Shown here: positions 49,439 to 62,014 of the stretch, piece by piece
Layout: every line of letters begins with the position of its first letter
Numbering within the stretch: position 1 is the stretch's first letter
From: Mytilus californianus
Lineage: Eukaryota
Assembly (NCBI RefSeq): GCF_021869535.1
Contig: NW_026262690.1
Location: 77,314,001-77,378,000, forward strand
Direction: 5' to 3'
Length of the DNA: 64,000 bases
Translations under genes and position numbers: made by a program
Notes under the pieces: model-generated
Told to the model about the DNA's origin: nothing
Seen by the model: the letters and a program-made list of their open reading frames with translations, nothing else
The model's database searches: none

Positions 49439-52400
49439 ATGTCTTCGATTTCGAAAGAAGAATATGGAGAGTATAAAGGAGAAAAGGTTTTTCAGTAAGT
49501 TACTTTATTTTATAAAATTTAGGTCAACTGCTATGGCGTAGCTTGACTCTTAAATTTGTCGTGAGACAAATAATTTGCAGCTGCTAGTCTCGTGTCAGTC
49601 AAAGGGAAGAGGCGGTATATTTCTTTCATGATGTTTATACAAGATAACATGCAACTTTTAAGATTTTAAGGTGGCAAAGTGATGACAGGGTAATATAAAT
49701 ACGATCACTTTTGGTCTTCTTCCGACCGGCTATAAACCCCTTGCCAAAGTTGAGCGTCCGTTTGGTTTTTAGGATGATGTATAAATACGCAGTCACGTCC
49801 GGTCAGAATGGGAACTTGTAATCCAATGCCAAAAATGAGAGTGCCACGCTCTCTGCACGTTAAGAACTCTTGAAACTTATTCTTTGAAGGGTCCGTAGGT
49901 GGCCTGTTGCCAGGTTAAATTTCTGTTCTTTTCCAGTTCACCCTCAGTTTCCAATGTAGTCCTATCATCTCTTCTTGCACATGCATGAAATATTTGCCAC
50001 TGGACGTAAAGCAAACATCGATAAATCTACGAATCTACGATCGAACGGGAAAAATTTCCTTGTTGATTGATTGATTGTTGTTTGCCTAAGACGTCTAGTG
50101 GCAAACATTTCATCCATATTCAGAAAGAGAACAAAGTAGCAATAAGTCCAATAAGAAGATTCTGTAATGCGAGTCAACGGGTATGAAGCCGGGGAGAAAA
50201 TTGCGACTGTCGCTGGACAATAAGGGTATGTTGGATAGGGACAGAAAAGTGCATAGCAAAAGGCTGCCTGCAGACCCCTCAAAGAGTGTTGTAATGGGTT
50301 TTAATCATGTATACAGCAAGTCTCCATACTGATCGGATGTGACTGCGTATATTTATACATCCCGGCTCAGCCAAATTAACCCTACGGAATGTATATTTTG
50401 ATATTTTGAAATTAGAAGTTTGAATTATTAAAAGGTCCTTATTCCTTTATATGTTCATGATGAGATTATCTATTGCATATATGATTTTATTATAATGTTT
50501 TCAACCAAAGGATGTATATCGATTAGGGATCACTAAAATGTGAACTAATAACAATGCATTTTTATGAAATAACTGTATCAAATATTGCAAACAGTAAGTT
50601 CAGAGTACACATCAAATCATGAAATATGTCTTCTTACACTATAATATCGGTCGCTGTACTCCTAAATAGATTTATGTAGCAACGTCACAGGCAGAGCAAG
50701 AAAACACACAAATTAAGTAACGCTCAGCAATAAGTGCAGAAAATATTTGTTATTCTGTTTAAGATATACACTACAGAACAAGAATAACGTAAAAGTACAG
50801 ATCATCAACTTTGGAGGAATAATTACCAATATTTTTGTTCCGGACAAAAATGGTAAAATAGCAGACATAACTTTAGGATACGATAGTTTAGATAGTAAGT
50901 TTACAAGTAGCAGACTTTTATACTTATTAAGAATCATACTTTTCATAAAAGCCGATAACGTGCATTTTTGATATAGTTGGTCATTGATTTATGAGTATCC
51001 TGAAATCATATATATACAGGTGTGTTGGCTCGCAAACATATCTTCCACTACTTCTAAAAATAACAAAGCATAATTAAATTTCATTCATTTATAGATGATG
51101 AAAACGAATTCAAACTATATTATGATACACTGTATTCAAATTATAAATTATCAGAAATTTCATGTATGTCTGAATATCTCAAAGATTTAAAGGACCGTCT
51201 ACAATATATTTATTAGTAAGGGAGCTACCATTTGATTTTTATGGGGGCTAGGATGAAAAAAAATTTCCTGCCTTTTTTTTTAGTTGTAATCTCTGTCCTG
51301 CCTTTTTTTAATTAGTTTATCCTGACTTTTTTTACATAAATTGTCATCCTGCCTTTTTTTTTTGCAAAGTTGCTCATCCTGTCTTTTTTTTATTACTCAG
51401 AACTCCTTTCCTGTCTTTTTTTTCAAATTTCATCCTAGCCCCCCCCCCCCCCCCCCCCCTAAAAATCAAATGGTAGCTCCCTAATGTTTACTTATTAACG
51501 ACATCAACCTACACACCATCTTCAATCACTGTAAAAAAGGTGTAAATTAAAGAATGAATTTGTTTGAATTGTTACGTTAATCTTGCTTTTGATTTTCAAG
51601 CTCACATTGAAGTATCCTGAGATAGGGATCTAAAATAATTTGAATTTAAAGTTTTAAATCTGTTGTATAGGGTACACAAAACCTGGTCCATATTTTGGTG
51701 CTATCATAGGGAGATACGCCAACAGAATAGCTAATGGTACATTTGAGCTGGATGGAAAGAATTACACATTAGAAGTGAATAATGGCCCAAATTCTCTACA
51801 TGGTGGAAAGTTTGGCTTTGATAAGGTATGAACAATGAGAATAAATAACATATTGCATTGAAAAATATATCTTTGGTCAGGTTATACCATGGCTTTTGTT
51901 CTTGTCGCATAGTTCTACGAGAGACACTTAGCAAAAACTAGACACACTTAATTCCATGGCCGAAAAAATGAACAGTTAGAACAACGAACAGTCCATAAAA
52001 CTAGGGCTTTTTTACTAGGCTTTGCAAATTGCAAATGGCTGCTATTTTTGTTCGAGCATATTGTTTTTCTTAAATTGTTTAACATTTCACAGCGGTATAT
52101 CATGTTACTTTTATTATTCTTCCCTTAGTTTATATATTTTGTATTTACATTGTATCATAGATCAAATTTATTTGTTCAGTGTATGTTCACTGGTGTTAAT
52201 ATGTCCTTTGATTGAGTCAAGCCATTTCAGTTGATATTTTATAGTGTGTCTTTCTATGTTGTGATGTTACACTATTGTTTCAGATAAGGGTGAATGTTTG
52301 GTACCATTAAAACGTTTAAACCCGCTGCAATTGTTTGCACCTGTCCTAAGTCAGGAATCTGATGTTCAGTAGTTGTCGTTTGTTGATGTGGTTCATAAGT

Positions 52401-55400
52401 GTTTCTCGTTTCTCGTTTTTTATATAGATTAGACCGTTGGTTTTCCCGTTTAAATGGTTTTACACTAGTAATTTTTGGGGCCCATTATAGCTTGCTGTTC
52501 GGTGTGAGCCAAGGCTCCGTGTTGAAGACCGTACTTTGACCTATAATGGTTTACTTTTATAAATTTTGACTTGGATGGAGAGTTGTCTCATTGGCACTCA
52601 TACCACATCTTCTTATATCTATTTGTAAACTAACATGAGAAAATACTGCGGTCCTTTTCACAAAAAATCTTAAGAGTAAAAATACTCGTAAGTCATACAC
52701 ATTTCAGTATAACTTACGATCAATTTTAATCGTAAGAAGTTTTGTGAAAAGTGTCGCTGGTCCTTAGGAATCACCGAAAAGTTTTATTCATTTTTTTTTG
52801 TATTTTTAAACCGATGTAAATCGAACCACATTTACGTTCCATTCGCTTTTCGCTAATGTTATACTAGTAACCTTTAAAAGAACTTTATCTTTCATCCTAA
52901 TTGTAACATGAATGGAAATGTTTCTTTTGATTTTCGAGAGAGTTAACTGATGATATTTATAGATGAGTGCATTATACCATTATTCTATATCCACGTTGAC
53001 CACTTGTCGTAGGAAAGCAAAGAATTGCAAGAGCTTACACCAGTGCTTTACATTCTATCTCAGAAGTTGTTATTGCACTGTCTGGCTCCGCCTACTCGGA
53101 CTGTTAAAAATTGAAACAATGAAACCTTTTAACTGTGTACACAGGAAAAAGTGCCACACATGTTTTACGCATGGAATAAAAAAGTTTGTAAAACGTATGT
53201 TGTTTGGTGCGTTTAACGCATGTTTTATTCAACATGCGTATAACACACGTGCAATAACACATAAAATATGCGTTACAAAACATTATATCTCATGCGTAAA
53301 ACATATGTTTGTACAAACGCATGAAAAATACATGTTTGCGTATATTTCACATGAAATCCACACATGATGTCTTTTGATAGCTGTTGTTTTTTTCTTTTGG
53401 CTTTATTTTGTTTTTTATAAGGGGCAAGTAACAATTTACAAATGAAAAACTACAGTACGTGGACAAAAGTATACATGTGTGTTTTCAGAAAGTGTGGGAG
53501 GCTTCAGAAGATGATGATATATTAGCCTTGAAGTATGTCAGTGCCGAGATGGAGGAGGGTTATCCTGGAGAAGTGACAGTCGTTGTTACCTATATGTTGA
53601 CAGAAGATAACGAACTCGTAATCCATTATACTGCTAACACCACAAAGAAAACTGTCATAAATCTTACTAATCACGCTTACTTCAACTTGGCTGGTCAGGT
53701 AAATCTTTGTGAATAAGAGATACAAGAGGCAAATTTTACTCTTATCTTGCTGTTTTGAAATTCAGACACACTATCACAAGAGAAAGAAATGGTAAAAACA
53801 AGTGTTAAAAGAAGCAACTTTCTGTTTTGAAAGTCAAACAACGGCCATCTCGCAAGGGAAAGTAATGGTAAAAGTGATTGGTGACAAACACAATGAAGGG
53901 CAGTTTGTGATAAGGTGACCAATTTAGGTAGCCACTTACCAATCTTACTGTTTTGAAAGTCAAACAAGCTATCACGCAAGGGAACGTAATGGTAAAATTA
54001 ATTGGTGACCCACACATCGAATGGCACTTTGGGTGATACGGTGACCAAGTTAAGTAGCAACTTATCATGCTGCAAATATCTTTATTGCTTATGATCAGAC
54101 GCGAGTGTGGTAAAAGGTTAACACATAAAGATCAAACTAGCTTGTCCTACAAGAGACATGATGAGCTTGAAAAATAAAACACTTTTATATTGTTCTTGTG
54201 TATTAGTTAGTTTTCTCATTTGAATTGTTTTACATTGTCATTTCGGTGTCTTTTGTAGCTTACTATGCGGTATGGGTTTTGTTCATTGTTGAAGCCCGTG
54301 CAGTGACCTATAGATGTTAACTTCTTGTCATTTGGTCTCTGGAATCCGGAATATCAAACAGAGAGTCTGTCCTAATCGCATTTATGTTATGATATATGTT
54401 ATGTTTTGTTTTTCATATATTCACCAAGTCTTTATCAAGTGACTAGAAAAAAAGCAGTGCAGAGTTTTTTTAATTAAATTTTGATGATCATAGCAATTTT
54501 TTTTTTTTATTAAATTTTGATAATCATAGCATTTTATTATTTTTTCTAAACATTTTATATCTTTTAATTGTCTTTTTAGATTTTGTTTAGCAGTCTTTCA
54601 AAGATTACATTTTCAGCGAATTTACATTTAAACGGTCAATGTTTTAATGGCAAGTTTACTTTATGTAAACATTCTTCAAATTTGGTTTATGAAAAATAAT
54701 AAAAGATGAAGTACTTTTTAAAATTCATGAAAACTCATGAAAATTTGATGGATGAATTTATATATACATCGCTGCAACGTAACAAACGAACATGTATACG
54801 CAAAAGCATTAAAAGGCGTAAAAAAACTTTACAATATTTGACAATTTTCGGACGAAATTCATGTTTCCTCCAAAACACGTTGTATGTTTTTATGTTTAGA
54901 ATACGAAATCATAGCTCAGAATCACGTGATTCTGAACCTTCTGATATACTTACAGTTATTTGTCATGAGTACTTGAGTTATTTTTATTTTTTCAGGGCAC
55001 CGGTGATATTTTGAAACATACTGTAGAACTAAATGCCGACAGATACCTTCCCGTAAACGATGTTTCTATTCCAACAGGTAATTTCACGATTCAGACATGA
55101 AAACGAATTCTCCCCATCCCCTCCCCAATCCCATTATATGTTCAAAAAGTATGCATCTGTATATTGAAATGAAGTGAATTATAAAATTCCCTTTTCTCCC
55201 ATGAGAAGTATATTGATCGATTATTAGAGATGTTTTTAAATCGTAGGTACTTCTACCGTTTTTATTTGTTTGATCTGTACAAATAATGATCTATAATGCA
55301 AAGTATTTGAATCCATCGATATAATGCATTATTATCGAACTGAACTAATTCATCATCCGATTCTATACTTTCTTTCAGATTGACTTATCAACTTTTGGTC

Positions 55401-57596
55401 CAATATTTAATGCAAATCCCAAAACCTCCGAAACATCGGCGGGGTTTCATAATCTAACATAAGATGATGTAAGCAGTTACTGTGTATATATAGTCCACTA
55501 CCAAATACCCCTTTTTGCTCTAATTATGTAGACATTCAAACCGGTTCTGGTCAGTTCAATAAATGATAAACCACACATTGATTAAAGTTGTCTCTTGCAA
55601 TTTCTTGTCATATCCTTTCTGCACTTTGCACTCTGCTTTTCCGCTAATTTCATTAGAGAAACAGATTCTAGCACTTTATCACGTTAGCTACGATATTTTT
55701 CCACTCTCCGTAGTAACTTTGAAATGCTCAGGAAACATTCCGGGCATTTTAAAGTTTAACAATTTAACTATCTCGAGTGGATTAATATCGTGCTCGTCGT
55801 ATTTACAAGCATCCGTCTGCTGTGTGGGTTATTAATTTCTGACTAACCAGTAAGACGTTGAACAAAACCTTGCTTTGTATCTTTTCGAAGGCGATCCTGA
55901 AGCAGTAGAAGGAACTAAAATGGACCTCAGAACTCCCATAAAGTTAGAAACAGTGATCGACGATGTGCCAGGCAATGTAGGGTATGATCATTGCTATTGT
56001 TTTAGTGATGCTGGTTGGAAGAAACTCAGAGCAAGGTAAACAAGGTTTAACTGTGAGCATCACAACATTTTATATCGGAGAATCCAGAATATTGAAAAGG
56101 AGTGTGGTAGTTTTTCATATCGGTTTAAGATTTGTATTTATAATCCTTTTCTTCTCATTTTGTATTAACCTTATATTTATTGGCTTCATCATTTAGGAGC
56201 AGGACCCATTGACCTTCAAATTTGCCACTGTTTTTTTATGGCTACTTGTCTAACTGGGAGGCAGGTTAATTTGGTACACACAAAACGCAGTCGTAGTTGA
56301 CACTTTAACTCAAGCTTAAACTGAATTTGAAAATCTGTGAATTTTAATATATTTAAGAAGAAAATAACGTATTCTGATTAAAATTGAGAAGCAAAGCGAT
56401 ATCACAGACATTAGTTTATTTCGAATGAAAACAACTGTTCATTATAAGTGTTACGAGGATGTTACAATCTTAATAACTTCTTTAAATTCAAATAACACAT
56501 TTTAGTCTATAAGATATTTCCGTCTTAATAGCTTCATTAAATTCAAATAATTATGTTTTGTCTTTAAATATCTTGAAGTAATGAAGCGACTTCAAAATTC
56601 TTTGTCAGATGTGTAATCTTTCAAATGCATTCCAAAGAATTCTGTTGGTTGCAGGGCTAAATCAGGAAAACCGTTTTTAAAGAATTAAAATAAATTAAAA
56701 ATATAAAATATAACGATGTCAACCTTCATCAACTTTAACATGAATTATTGAAGGGAACTCGATTTTTACAGGGTTTATGAGGAAGTAAGTGGTAGGAAAT
56801 TAGAAGTCTACAGTACAGAACCTGGTATGCAGTTCTATACTGGATTTTATTTAGATGAACCTGGTAAAAAAGGTGGACATTATCATAAATATAACGGGTT
56901 TGCATTAGAAGCACAACATTATCCAGATAGTCCACATAATGTAAGTATGCGTCTCTCTTATAATAAACTAGTAAGACATATGCCTATATAGGTGACCTTT
57001 AGATGCTTAGCTAATTCTGTCCATGTGGTATCTGGTGAATGTCTTACTTATGTCATCTCATGACGCAACAACTGAAAGTTCAATTTGTGACAACATACCA
57101 CTGCATGGTTATATTTTCTTGACGTTTTCTGTCAGTAAGAATAGGTAACATTATATTGTCCCTAATTAATTTAAGCATGTCCACAGATGACCACGGATCG
57201 TAGCCACAATCCCGTCCTCTTTTCCTCAATTTGGAAATCACCGATTTAAATTATCACCGAATTTTTTACTTAAAATGAGCAACAAGACGGGTGTCAAATG
57301 TGAAAGCAAGTTCTGCTTAACCCCCAGAGAACCAGCACGAAATCATTCCAGGGTTTTTGTTTGGTTTAGCGTTGCTCAGTCTTTATTTTTCTATGTAGTG
57401 TTTACTAGCATTTCGTCGTTTTTATGGTTTCTCTTCAACTTATGAGTCTTGACTGTCATTTTATTATCTCCCACCCTTTATTTACATTGTGACCATAATT
57501 CCACTTGTTTTCTTACAGAAAAATTTCCCATCAACAGTACTATCACCAGGAGAAACCTATTTACAGACAACATCATATAAGTTTGGATTAGTATGA
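49439..57596 (+). CDS. GALM: Galactose mutarotase (aldose 1-epimerase), 341 aa, 8 coding exons
   Basis: Exons 49439-49494, 50764-50894, 51671-51825, 53489-53698, 54996-55077, 55891-56035, 56772-56940 and 57519-57596 total 1026 nt in frame. Motifs [43 protein letters not shown] and LEAQHYPDS retain the catalytic His and Glu. AATAAA near 57818. Confidence 0.95.
51220..51481. mobile_element. PIF/Harbinger-type MITE in GALM intron 2
   Basis: TIR GGGAGCTACCATTTGATTTTTA / TAAAAATCAAATGGTAGCTCCC, TAA on both flanks, internal CCTG.CTTTTT repeats. Confidence 0.85.
52230..52622 (+). repeat. Interspersed repeat ending GAGAGTTGTCTCATTGGCA.TCATACCACATCTTC (other ends near 32750, 59760, 62310)
   Basis: The same 3' signature is seen at several places in the window. 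Confidence 0.6.
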
Positions 57597-58041
57597 GGAG
57601 TATACATGAAATAATTACAGAAAATGACAAAACTGTTTGGAGCATTAATACTGAGTAGCAATCAGACCCAAAAATGATAGCTTATACATGTTTAATGCTT
57701 TGAAAAAGATGGGGATTCATGATGCAGTCGTATTGGCTGGGTTATACGACGCCAATAATTAAACTTGTATTAATATTAAATGTGGGTATTAATGAAAAAG
57801 TGTAACAATTTGCATGAATAAAATTCTATATATTGAGTTGTGTTTCTTTTAAATGTTTAGCTTTGTGGGATATGATAAATTGATGATGAAAACAACCATG
57901 TCAAGTAAAATAACATGTTTTTTGACAATTTTATTAACCTTCCGACATGAAGTTCACATTTCTGTCTTGTCACGTTTATACATAATCATTTATCTTTTTT
58001 ACCCTGAAATAAAGTATTAAAAAACATGAAGGTACAAAGTA

Positions 58042-58314
58042 TCATCCTTTGTCAGTTTCAGTCTCTTCTTTATCTTTTGATAAAGCATCTTGATAAATAA
58101 TAGCTACGATTTCTTCCAAGTTTTGTTGTTTTCCAGAATGTGTTTTATTAACCACAGCACCATCTAAACATGGATCCTGTGAAGACAAAGTTTGTGTATT
58201 TCTTTCCAATAACTGATACATTTGACCTTCTTTCGTTTTCTCAAGAGCTGTTAGCATTTCTTTGGCAGTTGGTTCCTTTGTCTGTTTTCCTTTCACTTTG
58301 TTTAGTCGTCTCTC
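58042..58314 (-). CDS. Terminal coding exon of an unidentified gene convergent with GALM
   Basis: Strong acceptor (T)nCTGCAG, then an open frame ERRLNKVKGKQTKEPTAKEMLTALEKTKEGQMYQLLERN...ETDKG*. Minus-strand AATAAA near 57932. A phase-compatible 34-nt exon lies at 58608-58575 (TTTTAG / GTAAAT). Confidence 0.6.
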   Translation of the reverse strand, partial: ERRLNKVKGKQTKEPTAKEMLTALEKTKEGQMYQLLERNTQTLSSQDPCLDGAVVNKTHSGKQQNLEEIVAIIYQDALSKDKEETETDKG

Positions 58315-58782
58315 TGCAGAAAAAAAAACAAGCAAATGTGGAAACAAATTGAATCGGCAGTGCCGGTTAAGAAAAATGAGCGTCAAGTTTATGGCTAAAT
58401 GAACATAAATAAAAAAAAACAGTAGAAAATACTGACCAGTATAATAGTTTTATGCTTGATATCTGCAAATGACTATGGGCAGATTTGAAACAAAGCCAGA
58501 TTAAAAATGGGAATCATGTAAGATGGTGCGTTCCATTATGCCAATGAATAATGATAAAATTAGGTGAAATTTACCTCGCAGGTTGAGGACTTGGTATGAG
58601 TTGACACACTAAAACGTCGAGCCTGATATAATATTTTAAAAGTTCATAACTACAAACCATGCCCTGATGTAAAGTTAACCTATATAATACTTATGTAAAC
58701 AGGATAAAATCTCGACCAAATATTGTTGACCAGCCATGTGTAATTTTTATCTAAACACTTTAACCGGACCACTGGAAAGCAA

Positions 58783-59674
58783 TCTAGAGGCTCAAAAGAG
58801 CTTGTGTCGCTCACCTGCATCTTAAACTATGGCCACTTTTAGTAAAAATCCTCATTAAATGGGAACAACTCTATTAAGAGTTAACTGACAATTTCAGTCA
58901 TGTAGACATATTTGTAGATCTTATCCTACTGACATTTTTTCCTTCCTAAAGTTTCTATCTATCTATTATAGTTTCAAGATGATAAGCAAAACATGCAAAA
59001 AAATGTAAAAATATATCATCACTGACGATTTTAACCATATGTCTTATTTGTAGATCTTGTCTTGCTGATCATTTGTGCTATTTAAAGTTTCTATCTTCAA
59101 GGTATTAGGCAAAAACGCAAAACTTTTGTAAAAATCGTCATTAAAACGGCAATAACTCTAATAAATATTTTGGTCTTTTGACTGATTTGTAAATTTTGTC
59201 TTGCTGATAAGTTTTGCTATTTAAAGTTTCTGTCTATCCATTATAATTTTCGAGATAATAGGGAAAAAAAATTAAAAATGGTAATATTCGTCATTTAAGG
59301 GCAATACTCCTATAAGAAGTCGTCTGACAGTTTTGATGTAAATGGACAAGAGTTGGAGCTCATCATTTTGAACATTATTGCACTAGTCAGAATTTCTCTA
59401 TTTATAGCAGTTTTCAAAATAATAGGCAAAACTTGCATTTTATCCCTATGTTCTATTTTTAGCAATGTCGGCCATCTTGGGTGGCAGACGGGGTCATCGG
59501 ACACATTTTTCTAACTAGATTACCCAATGATGATTGTGGCCAAGTTTGGTTAAATTTGGCCCAGTGATTTCAGAGGAGAAGATATTTGTAAAAGTAAACG
59601 GACGACGACGATGGACGACGGACGCTAAGTGATGAGAAAAGCTCACTTGGCCTTTCGGCCAGGTGAGCTAAAAA
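58783..59674 (-). mobile_element. HINE-like element
   Basis: On the minus strand: 5' TTTTTAGCTCACCTGGCC..GGCCAAGTGAGCT palindrome plus (GTC)n, and 3' CAGGTGAGC subTIR followed by hairpin GCTC-TTTT-GAGC. Confidence 0.7.
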
Positions 59675-61798
59675 GAGGTCAAGGCTACATGTCAAAATGA
59701 CACATGCTACTTTCCAAGAACAGACATGTCTACATTATAAAAACTGTCGACCTGTCAAGAGTTGTCTCATTGGCACTCATACCACATCTTCTTATATCTA
59801 TATAACTTGAAATAGAGGCGGAAGATACCAAAGTGATTTTCAAACTGATAAATAGAAGAAAACTGATAATGCCACGACAAAAAAACGAAAAACGACAAAA
59901 AGACAAACAAACAACAGTCTACAAAAGAAAACTAATAAAACTAAAGACTGAGCAACACAATCCCCACAAAAAACCGAGGGTGGTCTCAGGTGCCTCAGAA
60001 GGGTAAGCTGATCTTGTTCGTCGTATTTTTTTACACAAATAAATTGATCACTGTAGCCTAAAACTGAGGTCAAGACCATGCATCATATTTTAATCGGACA
60101 TATACTCCAGGCAATTAATTCACATACAGGTATCATATAGTGTCGATCGGATGTACATATTTTATAGGAAAGATCCCAAGTCCTAACAAAACCCAAGTAT
60201 AAGATCTGCATATTCGTGGTAACAAAATTTTGTCTCTGGATTAGAAACCATGCTTCTGTGACACCGTTGCAACTTCGCCTCCATTGTGCCCAGCACCCTA
60301 GACAATTTGGCAAACTAGGCTGTGTAAAAGCATAGCTTTCTTTAGTAGAGTGATGTCATTCATAGTTGGATTCATCTAGGGTTGCAACACAGATCATGAT
60401 CTATTTGGACATGTAGATCAGCTGTTTTAAAATACTTTCCATGCAGTCACATACATAATTGTTCTAGTTCGTATTTGTATAAATTATTACGTTCATTACT
60501 TATTGTTAAAATTCTATTCTGAAATTTAAATCCACTGTGTTACACATTTTTTTTTATTACTTTAGAAAGTTTATATAACATACTGTGAAGTCACACTTCT
60601 ACAAAAAAAACACCAACTATCGCTGACCTATTTACTTCGGATTAGGACTCATTTCAGAAAACGTAAAACTTCAACTGATCACATTAGCATGAAAATGAAT
60701 TCAAAGTTTCAGTGTCAATAACTGACTTCCAAGAGAAACTAATTTATAAAATACAAAAATAATTGTGTTTAACTATGATAAAACAAGGATAAGATAAAAA
60801 CAAAAAAAAACATCTCAGGGTTGACCGGAGAATAGAAATACGGTAACCCTGAATTCTCCAATCCGGTATTGAAACCCATGCTGAAGGGTGTCTTGTTTTG
60901 TTGTCCGGATGTATAAATACACAACCACGTTCGGTCAACATAAGGAGACATCTAAAGGAACTTTACATAACAATTTGAGGGGATCTTAGGTGGCCTGTAG
61001 CAGGACTAAAACATTTCACGTACCAATCGCATACTCTTTTTCCAGCGATAGAACATATACCTGGTAGATTTACTGATATTTGTTATCGTCCTGAATGTCA
61101 TTCGTGAATATGCATGATATATTTGACACTGGTCGTTGAGAAAACAACAATCAAAATAATAACTACCCAAGTACCTAAGTCCACCTAAGAGTCACCTAAG
61201 CCTCTCCTCTAAAATATGTTACTAGTATATGAAGTACAGCAAAAATACATTTGGTCAAAACTATAACTAACGCTTCATGCCCTGAATGAATAAGAATAGA
61301 ACATTCTAGATTACAGTCTGATTCAGAATGAATAAGATAGTAATTTATCAATCTACAATGTACAAGCTAAGCCTTAATCTACCACATCCTCTTATTTTAA
61401 TATTGATTAGCAGTATAAAAGATCTGACAAAAAGATCATTTTACCGTACATACTACATAAGCATGAATAAAGATAGGAATATATTATTCTAAAGTATAAG
61501 GTTAATCAGCATGAATAAATGCGGGAGCCGGTATATCATTTTAGAGTACATGTAAAATCAGCATGAATAAAGATATAGAAATAGGTCACTTAAAATTAGT
61601 GGACAAGTGGCTGTTAAATGTCCAGGGGCAAATATTACGTGCATTGACTTGATTATCATAAATAAATTTTTTAACCATAGGCATATGATCTCGTACAAAA
61701 AAAGGCACATGAAGTAGATCTGTGAGAAGAAGGGAGGTAATCGAGGTTATCAAATAAATCTTCAGAAAATATAAAGAAATCAATGATCTTTAACCTAC

Positions 61799-61889
61799 CT
61801 AAAGAGTCTAAGTACCGCTCTGAGCTGATAAGATCATGTAACGGTTCCACTGGTGGACCATTTTCTAATTTGGTTGCTGTGCTTTTCAT
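61799..61889 (-). CDS. Probable coding exon of the same unidentified minus-strand gene
   Basis: MKSTATKLENGPPVEPLHDLISSERYLDSL is followed by donor G|GTAGGT. The linking exon to 58608 was not found. Confidence 0.4.
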
Positions 61890-62014
61890 AATTTCTTCTT
61901 ACCGGAAGTAAATAATAACATAAACATTGCAATATGAATACAAATGGTTGTTTCCCTTTTGCCACTAAGTGAATGTAAACTAAGAATTTAACCATTCCAA
62001 CTTCTTAATTTTTG

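Noticed and set aside
49690-50400. Possible tRNA gene
   Set aside because: Only SINE-like remnants are present (also near 60890-61010). No complete cloverleaf could be drawn.
52963-53367. 134-aa ORF in GALM intron 3
   Set aside because: It lies in repeat-derived sequence with palindromic TACGCATG/CATGCGTA motifs and has no domain or splice support.
60083-60313. Candidate middle exon for the minus-strand gene at the window end
   Set aside because: The strong acceptor gives a stop in the required phase, and the alternative acceptor is weak with an implausible peptide.
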